Source: Gammaproteobacteria bacterium
GTDB taxonomy: Bacteria; Pseudomonadota; Gammaproteobacteria; Ga0077536
DNA length: 64,000 bases
NCBI GenBank assembly: GCA_020845935.1
Contig: JADLEV010000046.1
Span: forward strand, 379 to 64,378
Reading direction: 5' to 3'
The notes under the pieces were generated by a model. It did not search any database. It was not told where the DNA came from and was given only the letters and a program-made list of their open reading frames with translations. Numbering within the stretch: the first letter of the stretch is position 1; each line of letters opens with the position of its first letter. Of this stretch, positions 56,884 to 64,000 are shown one piece after another. Made by a program: the position numbers and the translations under genes.

Positions 56884-57823
56884 AGCTGGTCCCCAGGATG
56901 CGCAGCACCAGTTCGTCGAAGTCGATGCCCGCGGCGCGGGCCGACATCGGCACCAGACTGTGATCGGTCATGCCCGGCACCGTATTCAGTTCGATGAACC
57001 AGGGTTGGTTCTGCTCGTCGAGCATCAGATCGACCCGGCCCCAACCCCTGGCGCCGACCGCATCGAATGCCAGCAACGCGGTCTCCGCGATGCTCGCTTC
57101 GAGCTTCGCCTTGACGCGGCTCGGGCAGCGGTAGCGCGTGCGATTGCTGAGATACTTGGCGTCGTAATCGTAGAACGCGTGATCGGTCTCGATGCCAATC
57201 ATCGGCAGCGCCTTGCCATCCAGAATCGGGATCGAGTACTCGCGTCCCTCGATGTAGCGTTCGACGAACACCGCCGAATCATGTCGTGCCGCGAGCTTCA
57301 ACGCGGCCGGCAGTTGCTCGGCGGTCAATACCCGCGAGATGCCGACGCTCGAACCTTCATGCGCTGGCTTGACCATCAGCGGCAAACCGATGGCCTGCAG
57401 AATTTCGTTGACCTCCTGATGGCGTTGCAACAGCAGGAACGGCGGCGTCGGCACCGCCAGGCTCTGCCATAACAGTTTGGTTCGCACCTTGTCCATCGCC
57501 AGCGCGGATGCCGTCATGCCGCTGCCGGTATACGGGATACCGAGCAGATCGAGCAGCGCCTGGATCGTGCCGTCCTCGCCGCCACGGCCATGCAGTGCGA
57601 TGAATGCGCGATCGAACGGCTGGCGCCGCAGCTCGCCGATGATGTCCTCGCGCCAATCGATGGCGATGGCGTCGATGCCCTGGCGCAGCAGCGCCGCATG
57701 CACCGCGGTGCCACTTTGCAGCGAGATATCCCGCTCCGCCGAGCGGCCGCCGTACAGCACCGCGACCTTGCCGGCCTGCGCCTTGACGTCCTCGCAAGTG
57801 AAGCGGCGTTGATCAGAGGTCAT
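56876..57823 (-). CDS. ddl: D-alanine--D-alanine ligase
   Basis: KVAVLYGGRSAERDISLQSG and ATP-grasp blocks. Start at MTSDQRR. Confidence 0.9.
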   Translation of the reverse strand: MTSDQRRFTCEDVKAQAGKVAVLYGGRSAERDISLQSGTAVHAALLRQGIDAIAIDWREDIIGELRRQPFDRAFIALHGRGGEDGTIQALLDLLGIPYTGSGMTASALAMDKVRTKLLWQSLAVPTPPFLLLQRHQEVNEILQAIGLPLMVKPAHEGSSVGISRVLTAEQLPAALKLAARHDSAVFVERYIEGREYSIPILDGKALPMIGIETDHAFYDYDAKYLSNRTRYRCPSRVKAKLEASIAETALLAFDAVGARGWGRVDLMLDEQNQPWFIELNTVPGMTDHSLVPMSARAAGIDFDELVLRILGTSFG

Positions 57824-58754
57824 GGTTCCGTTCTCTCCCGGCAGGTTCCGGCCCGGGCTCACCGACGATGCGCACCTCGAGCTGCAATTCGACGCCAGCA
57901 TGCAGGCGCACCGCGTCCCGCACGCGCCAGATCAGTTGTTCGATGTCGCGCGCGGTCGCACCGCCATCGTTGATGATGAAATTGGCGTGCAGCGTCGAGA
58001 CCTGACAGCCTCCTTCGCGCGCGCCCTTCAGTCCCGCGGCCTCGATCAGCCGTCCGGCGTGATCGCCCGGCGGGTTGCGGAACACCGAGCCGCTGTTGGG
58101 CTTGCCGAGTGGCTGCGTCGCGGCGCGGTGCGTCAGCAGTTCCTGAATGCGTCGCTGGCACAGTTCGGGATCGGCCGGTTGCAGGCGCAACGTCGCGGCG
58201 ACGAACCATTCCTCGGCCGGGCCGCGGACCGTGCGATAGCCGATGGTGTATTCGGCAACGGTGCGCGTCCGCAATGCACCGCGACGATCGATGACCTCGA
58301 CATCGCCGACAGAATCCCAGATCGCGGCGCCATGGGCGCCGGCGTTCATCGCCAACGCGCCCCCCACCGTGCCCGGAATGCCGGCCAGGAATTCGATGCC
58401 GGCGAGCCCGGCGCGCGCGGCGAAGCGCGCCAGGCGCGCACTGGGCACTCCGGCCTCGGCGGTGACGGTGACGGCGTCGATCCGATCGATACCGGTCAGC
58501 GCGCCCGCGAGCAGCACGACCGTGCCGCGCAGGCCACCATCACGCACCAGCAGGTTGCTGCCGCGCCCGAGAAAGAAGATCGGTTCGTCGGCCGGCAGCG
58601 TGCCAAGGAAGGCCGCGAGGTCCGCGCGATCGACCGGCTCGTACAACCGCTCGGCCGGGCCGCCGACGCGCCAGGTGGTGTAGCGCGCGAGTGCTTGCCC
58701 GGTGCGCAGGCGACCGCGCCAGGGCGTCATCTGTCCGGCGGTCCTGGCCATCAT
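57813..58754 (-). CDS. murB: UDP-N-acetylenolpyruvoylglucosamine reductase
   Basis: FAD-binding GRGSNLL and the MurB C-terminal domain. Located between murC and ddl. Confidence 0.85.
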   Translation of the reverse strand: MMARTAGQMTPWRGRLRTGQALARYTTWRVGGPAERLYEPVDRADLAAFLGTLPADEPIFFLGRGSNLLVRDGGLRGTVVLLAGALTGIDRIDAVTVTAEAGVPSARLARFAARAGLAGIEFLAGIPGTVGGALAMNAGAHGAAIWDSVGDVEVIDRRGALRTRTVAEYTIGYRTVRGPAEEWFVAATLRLQPADPELCQRRIQELLTHRAATQPLGKPNSGSVFRNPPGDHAGRLIEAAGLKGAREGGCQVSTLHANFIINDGGATARDIEQLIWRVRDAVRLHAGVELQLEVRIVGEPGPEPAGRERNHDL

Positions 58755-60172
58755 GCCGGCGGCTCCGCGGCATAGAGTTCGGCGAGCCGCGGCGCGATCT
58801 GGCCGATGTCTCCGGCGCCAAGCAGCAGGACGATGTCACCGTCGCGAACGATCCCCGGCAGCACATCGAACACTTCGGCGGCAGCCGCCAGATAGATTGG
58901 CAGTACCTGGCCGCGGGCACGGATCGCCTGCGCCAGCGCGCGGCCATCGGCGCCGGCAATGCGATGCTCGCCGGCGGGATAGATGTCGAGCAACAGCAGT
59001 TCATCGATCTGCGACAGGCAGCGAACGAAATCGTCGAACAGATCGCGGGTCCGCGAATAGCGATGCGGCTGAAACGCGACGACCAGACGCCGCCCCGGCC
59101 AGCCGGCGCGGATGGCCTCGAGCACCGCCTGAATCTCGGTCGGATGATGGCCGTAGTCGTCGATGATCATCACCCGCGCCGCGCCGATGCGCCGCTCGCC
59201 GAACGACTGCAAACGCCGATTGATGCCGGCGAAGCCGCGCAGCGCGCGACCGAGCGCGGCATCGTCGACGCCGAGTTCGTGACCGACCGCCAGCGCCGCC
59301 AGGCTGTTGCGGACGTTGTGCCAGCCGGCGAGATTCAACGTCACTTCGAGCCACTCCTGGCCTTGCCGCCGTACCCGGAAGTGCATCGTGCCGCGCTCCT
59401 GCCGGATGTCGTAGGCATGCAGATCGGCGTGCGGATCGGTGCCATAGGTGACCACGGCGGAGCGCAGCTCCGGCAACAGCCGCGCGGCATTCGGATCATC
59501 GAGGCAGACCACGGCGAGTCCGTAGAACGGCAATCGATGCACGAAGTCGACGAAGGCACGCTGCAGACGCTCGAAGTCGCCGCCGTAGGTACTCATGTGT
59601 TCGGCGTCGATATTCGTCACGACCGCGATCATCGGTTGCAGATGCAGGAACGATGCATCGCTCTCATCCGCCTCGGCGACCAGATAATGACCCGCGCCGA
59701 GCCGGCCGTGCGACGCCGAGCTGTTGAGCCGGCCACCGATGACGTAGGTCGGATCGAGCCCGCCTTCGGCGAGCACCGCCGCGATCAGCGACGTGGTCGT
59801 GGTCTTGCCGTGGGTGCCGGCGATGGCGATGCCGTGCCGGAAACGCATCAGTTCGGCCAGCATCTCCGCGCGCGGCACGATCGGGATGCGCGCCGCGCGC
59901 GCCGCCACCAATTCCGGATTGTCGGCCGCGATGGCGCTCGACACGACCAGCACATCGCTGCCGCTGACCTGCTCGGCGAGATGACCCTGCCGCACATCGA
60001 TGCCGAGCCCGCGCAGGTGTCGCACCATCGCCCCCTCGCCGCGATCCGATCCGGTCACGGTGTAGCCGAGGTTGTGCAGCACCTCGGCGATACCGCCCAT
60101 GCCGGCACCACCGATGCCGACGAAATGCACGCGGCGACTGTTGCGCATCGGCAGGGCCACGGGATCAACCAT
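58751..60172 (-). CDS. murC: UDP-N-acetylmuramate--L-alanine ligase
   Basis: VHFVGIGGAGMGGIAEVL and GTHGKTTTTS. Start at MVDPVALP within the longer ORF. The alternative start MRNSRR lies 8 codons downstream. Confidence 0.9.
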   Translation of the reverse strand: MVDPVALPMRNSRRVHFVGIGGAGMGGIAEVLHNLGYTVTGSDRGEGAMVRHLRGLGIDVRQGHLAEQVSGSDVLVVSSAIAADNPELVAARAARIPIVPRAEMLAELMRFRHGIAIAGTHGKTTTTSLIAAVLAEGGLDPTYVIGGRLNSSASHGRLGAGHYLVAEADESDASFLHLQPMIAVVTNIDAEHMSTYGGDFERLQRAFVDFVHRLPFYGLAVVCLDDPNAARLLPELRSAVVTYGTDPHADLHAYDIRQERGTMHFRVRRQGQEWLEVTLNLAGWHNVRNSLAALAVGHELGVDDAALGRALRGFAGINRRLQSFGERRIGAARVMIIDDYGHHPTEIQAVLEAIRAGWPGRRLVVAFQPHRYSRTRDLFDDFVRCLSQIDELLLLDIYPAGEHRIAGADGRALAQAIRARGQVLPIYLAAAAEVFDVLPGIVRDGDIVLLLGAGDIGQIAPRLAELYAAEPPA

Positions 60173-61262
60173 CGAGATACTCCAGGCAGTGCCGCGCGAC
60201 GCGCTCGGCGGCATCGGGCTTTGCCGCCTGCCGCGCCCGTTCCGCCATCGCCGCGAGCCGCGGTCGATCGGCGGCGAGGTCGGCAAGGACACCGGCCAGA
60301 CGCGATTCCGACAGCTCCGCTTGCGGTAGCAGAATCGCGGCATCGCGTGCGGCGAGATAGTGTGCGTTCGCGGTCTGATGATCATCGACCGCCGGCAACG
60401 GCACCAGGATCGAGGCAATCCCCGCGGCCGCGATTTCGGTCACCGTCATCGCGCCGGCACGACCGATCACGAGATCGGCGCCGGCATAGGCCGCAGCCAT
60501 GTCATCGATGTAATCGCGCACGTCGGCAGCCACCTTGGCAGCGCGATACGCGGCGGCGACCTGTTCACGATCGGCCGCGCCGGTCTGATGCAGGACGTGC
60601 ACCGGCACGCGCGCGGCAAGCTGCGCGATGGCACCCGGCACGGCGCGATTCAGGACACCCGCACCCTGACTGCCGCCAAAGATCAGAATCCGCAACTCTG
60701 CTTGGGCGCCGATGCCACGCTGCGCCGGCGGCACCAGCCGCGCGATTTCGGTCCGCACCGGATTGCCGATGCATTCCGGCGCCGCAGCGCCATGCAAGCT
60801 GCCGGGGAAACTGCCGGGGAAGGCCTCGAACACGCGCGTTGCGAGCCGTGCCAGCACGCGGTTGGTCATGCCGGCATGCGCATTCTGTTCATGGATCAGC
60901 AGCGGCCGGCGGCAGAGCCACGCGGCAACGCCGCCGGGACCGCTGGCATAACCACCCATGCCGAGCACGACACCCGGCTTCAGCCGCAGCATCACCGCCA
61001 GCGCTTGCAGCGACGCGAACGTCAACAGCAACGGGGCCAGCACGAGCCGCCACCAGCCGCGCCGCCGCAGGCCGGAAATGCGAATGGTCGTCAACTCGAT
61101 GCCGGCCGCCGGCACCAGCCGATTTTCCAGACCATGCGGTGCGCCGAGCCAGTGCAGCGGCACGCCATGCGCCCGCAGCACATCGGCGACGGCCAGGGCC
61201 GGATAGATGTGGCCGCCGGTGCCCCCGGCCATGATCAGGACAGGCGCCCTGGCGTTACGCAC
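60165..61262 (-). CDS. murG: Undecaprenyldiphospho-muramoylpentapeptide beta-N-acetylglucosaminyltransferase
   Basis: LIMAGGTGGHIYPALAV N-terminus. Start placed at GTG (VRNARAPVLIM) with GAGGA RBS. ATG at 61232 is the alternative. Confidence 0.85.
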   Translation of the reverse strand: MRNARAPVLIMAGGTGGHIYPALAVADVLRAHGVPLHWLGAPHGLENRLVPAAGIELTTIRISGLRRRGWWRLVLAPLLLTFASLQALAVMLRLKPGVVLGMGGYASGPGGVAAWLCRRPLLIHEQNAHAGMTNRVLARLATRVFEAFPGSFPGSLHGAAAPECIGNPVRTEIARLVPPAQRGIGAQAELRILIFGGSQGAGVLNRAVPGAIAQLAARVPVHVLHQTGAADREQVAAAYRAAKVAADVRDYIDDMAAAYAGADLVIGRAGAMTVTEIAAAGIASILVPLPAVDDHQTANAHYLAARDAAILLPQAELSESRLAGVLADLAADRPRLAAMAERARQAAKPDAAERVARHCLEYLDG

Positions 61263-62445
61263 GGGACGGTCCTCGCCGCAGGCGGCGCCCCGGCGCTTCG
61301 CGGATTTCGCGCGCGACGCGGAACACCAAGCCGAGACCAAGGGAGATCGCGAGCACGCTGTTGATGCCATAACTCATCAGCGGCAGCGTCAAGCCCTTGG
61401 TCGGCAGCACGCCGAGATTGACGCCGATGTTGGTGAATGCCTGAAAACCGATCAGCATGCCGACGCCATAGGCGAGATAGGCACCGTAGTGGTGTCCCTT
61501 GCGTGCCGCCAATGCGGCAATCTGGAAGATCCGCCACAACAGCAGCGTGAAGGCGAGAATGATCGTGATCGATCCGGCCAGGCCGAGTTCCTCGCCGATG
61601 ACCGCGTAGATGAAATCGGTGTGCACCTCGGGCAGGTAGAACAGCTTCTGCACGCTGCCGCCGAGGCCGACACCGAACCACTCGCCCCGGCCGAACGCGA
61701 TCAGCGCCTGCGACAACTGGAAGCCGGTGTCGAATCGATCGGCCCAGGGATCGGTGAAGGTCATCAGGCGTTGCATCCGATAGGGCGTCAGCACCGCCAG
61801 CGTGCACAGACCGACAAACGCGGCCAGACCCCAGGCGACGAAGCGTGGCCACGGCACGCCACCGATGAACAGCATGCCGAGCGCCGTCGCGAAGATCACC
61901 ACGGCGGTGCCGTAGTCCGGTTCGAGCAACAGCAGCAAGGCCACGATCAGCAACAGCACGACCGGGACGACAAAACCGCCGAAACCGGTGCGCACCTTGT
62001 CGCCCTGACGTACCAGGTAGCCGGCGAGGTAGGCGATCGCGATGACCTTCATCGGCTCCGAGACCTGCACCGAAATCGGCCCGAGCCGAAGCCAGCGCAA
62101 GGCGCCGTTGACCTCGCGACCGAGGCCCGGCACCAGCAGCAGGATCAGCAGCACGATGCCGAGCAGCATTGCCGGCAGACTCAATTGTTCGATCCAGGCC
62201 AGCGGTACTCGCAGCAGCACCTGGATCGCGATCACGCCGGCGCCGAGCGCGGCGGCCTGCCGCCAGAAGTAATGCAGCGGCTCACCGAAGTTGCGATCGG
62301 CGATCGCGATCGATGCGGAGGTCACCATCACCAGTCCGATCGCCGCCAGCAATACCGTCGTGCCGACCAGCCAGCCGTCATAGAGTGTTGCCGGCGCGCT
62401 GGCGATGGCGGTCGGGGATCGCGGCTGGGCCTGCTGTTTTAGCAT
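61255..62445 (-). CDS. ftsW: Peptidoglycan glycosyltransferase FtsW (SEDS family)
   Basis: 396-aa, 10-TM SEDS protein starting MLKQQAQP. The 690-aa ORF in the track is an artefactual upstream extension across murD. Confidence 0.85.
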   Translation of the reverse strand: MLKQQAQPRSPTAIASAPATLYDGWLVGTTVLLAAIGLVMVTSASIAIADRNFGEPLHYFWRQAAALGAGVIAIQVLLRVPLAWIEQLSLPAMLLGIVLLILLLVPGLGREVNGALRWLRLGPISVQVSEPMKVIAIAYLAGYLVRQGDKVRTGFGGFVVPVVLLLIVALLLLLEPDYGTAVVIFATALGMLFIGGVPWPRFVAWGLAAFVGLCTLAVLTPYRMQRLMTFTDPWADRFDTGFQLSQALIAFGRGEWFGVGLGGSVQKLFYLPEVHTDFIYAVIGEELGLAGSITIILAFTLLLWRIFQIAALAARKGHHYGAYLAYGVGMLIGFQAFTNIGVNLGVLPTKGLTLPLMSYGINSVLAISLGLGLVFRVAREIREAPGRRLRRGPSRA

Positions 62446-63833
62446 CGTCGCAGCGCCCGCACCGCAGCCGCGAACGCGTCGCCACGTGCGGCATAGCTGC
62501 TGAACATGTCGAGGCTGGCACAGGCCGGTGCCAACGCCACCGCATCGCCCGGCCGGGCCAACTCGGCCGCCGCCGCGACGGCCGCCGGCATGTCGGCGAC
62601 GATCGACGCCGGAAAGCCTCGCGGCAGCGCCCGCCGGATGAGCGGCGCATCCTGACCGAGCAGCACCACCGCACGCAGGCGCCGCGCCAGCAAGGCGGCA
62701 AATTCGGTGAAGTCGGCGCCCTTGCCCTGGCCTCCAGCGATGACGACGCCGCTGCGCGCCGCGTACAGACCTTCGATCGCCGCGACGGCCGCACCGATGT
62801 TGGTCGCCTTCGAATCGTCGTACCAATCGACGCCGGCGACGCGCGCGACCCATTGGCAGCGATGCGGCAGGCCGGGAAATTCGCGCAGCACCTGGCGCAT
62901 CGGTTCGTCGCCGATCGTGCCGGCGGCGAGACCGTCGACCAGCGCGCACGCCGCCAGCGCGTTGGCAACGTTGTGCCGCCCGGCGAGCCGCAATGCCGCA
63001 ACCGGCAGCAACGGCTGTCCGGCGCGGCCGAGCCACGCGCCGTCGGCTTGCGGCAACAGCGCGTAGTCGTCCTGCGCCTGTGCCGGCTGCAAGGTGAACC
63101 AGCGCTGTTGCGGTGCCGCCGGGACCGGCGTCGACGCGCGCGGGTCGTCGCGATTCAGCACCGCGCAACCGGTGTTGCGATAAACGCCGCGCTTGATTGC
63201 GGCATAGCGTTCCAGGTCGCCATGCCGGTCGAAATGATCCGGCGAGATGTTGAGCAGGGTCGCCGCCGCCGAGCGTAGTGACGGGGTGCGTTCGAGCTGG
63301 AAGCTGGACAGTTCCAGCACGTAGCACTCGGGTTCATCGGGCCCGAGCAGATCGAGCGCCGCCGGCGCCAGATTGCCGCCGGCCCGGACCTGCCGCCCAG
63401 CCGCCGTGAGCAGGGCCGCGACCAGTGTCGTCACGGTGCTCTTGCCGTTGGCGCCGGTGATGGCGATGACCGGAGCCCGCGCCGTTTCCAGAAACAATTC
63501 GATGTCGCCGACGATCGGCACGCCGGCGGCGCGCGCCGCGGCGAGCTCCGGCAGTTCGAGCGGCAGGCCGGGACTCAGCACGATGCGTTCGGCGCGCGTC
63601 AGCAGCGCTGCCGGGAGCATGCCGGTGAACACTTCGACCGCGGCATCCTCGGCGCGCAGGGTCGGCAGCAACGGCGGTTCGGCGCGCGTATCGGCGACAA
63701 AGAACGACCAGCCGCGCCGCCGGCAGTAACGCGCGCAGGAAAGGCCGGTCAGGCCGAGGCCGATGATGGCCACCTGGTGCCGCTGCTGCGGGCGGGTCGC
63801 GGGCGGGACGGTCTTGGCCGGTGTCGTGCTCAT
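62439..63833 (-). CDS. murD: UDP-N-acetylmuramoylalanine--D-glutamate ligase
   Basis: [12 protein letters not shown] and [13 protein letters not shown] Mur ligase motifs. Confidence 0.9.
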   Translation of the reverse strand: MSTTPAKTVPPATRPQQRHQVAIIGLGLTGLSCARYCRRRGWSFFVADTRAEPPLLPTLRAEDAAVEVFTGMLPAALLTRAERIVLSPGLPLELPELAAARAAGVPIVGDIELFLETARAPVIAITGANGKSTVTTLVAALLTAAGRQVRAGGNLAPAALDLLGPDEPECYVLELSSFQLERTPSLRSAAATLLNISPDHFDRHGDLERYAAIKRGVYRNTGCAVLNRDDPRASTPVPAAPQQRWFTLQPAQAQDDYALLPQADGAWLGRAGQPLLPVAALRLAGRHNVANALAACALVDGLAAGTIGDEPMRQVLREFPGLPHRCQWVARVAGVDWYDDSKATNIGAAVAAIEGLYAARSGVVIAGGQGKGADFTEFAALLARRLRAVVLLGQDAPLIRRALPRGFPASIVADMPAAVAAAAELARPGDAVALAPACASLDMFSSYAARGDAFAAAVRALRRC

Positions 63834-64000
63834 CGAATCTTCAGCGTCGCCAGGCCAATCAGCACCAGGATCACGGTGATGATCCAGAAGCGGACGATCA
63901 CGCGCGGCTCGGGCCAGCCCTTGAGTTCGAAATGATGATGCAGCGGCGCCATCTGGAAGATGCGCTTGCCGGTCAGCTTGAACGAGGCGACCTGCAACAC
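63830..64000 (-). CDS. mraY: Phospho-N-acetylmuramoyl-pentapeptide transferase, C-terminal part (continues beyond the window end)
   Basis: Minus-strand translation of the last 170 nt gives ...[39 protein letters not shown], the MraY C-terminus. Stop overlaps the murD start. Confidence 0.8.
   Translation of the reverse strand: MLQVASFKLTGKRIFQMAPLHHHFELKGWPEPRVIVRFWIITVILVLIGLATLKIR

Noticed and set aside
62446-63327. Upstream extension of the ftsW ORF (690 aa in the track). Similar extensions of murC (555 aa), murG (401 aa), ftsA (467 aa), lpxC, PQQ-DH (742 aa), the haem-propeller gene and the OM-like gene.
   Set aside because: The extensions overlap the preceding dcw or neighbouring genes in another frame. 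Conserved protein N-termini identify the true internal starts.

Overview
High-GC chromosomal segment of a Gram-negative bacterium, probably a gammaproteobacterium (rng-yhdP synteny; murB between murC and ddl). That taxonomic placement is tentative.

Most of the window is core genome:
- rng-yhdP, zapE, rmuC, a coq7-degP tandem, rplM-rpsI, tRNA-Gln(CUG);
- an rph-rdgB-hemW-terC operon, yicC-gmk;
- a complete dcw cell-division cluster on the minus strand: mraY(partial)-murD-ftsW-murG-murC-murB-ddl-ftsQ-ftsA-ftsZ-lpxC.

Accessory or unusual content:
- a PrsT-like TPR gene is followed by a candidate sigma-54 promoter with two repeated 18-nt motifs upstream of a secreted-protein gene that runs off the window start;
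- a tightly coupled five-gene operon of unknown function (27.1-31.9 kb);
- three PQQ-type dehydrogenases, two fused to cytochrome c;
- a fourth cytochrome-c-linked cluster (44980-48175): a haem-bearing Vgb-like propeller followed by cytochrome c551 and a possible outer-membrane gene;
- a DUF3300 protein carrying a 3x57-bp tandem repeat;
- an orphan multi-PAS sensor kinase next to a Cys-rich secreted protein.

No CRISPR array, IS element, integrase or recognisable defence system was seen. Long antisense ORFs are frequent and were treated as high-GC artefacts.
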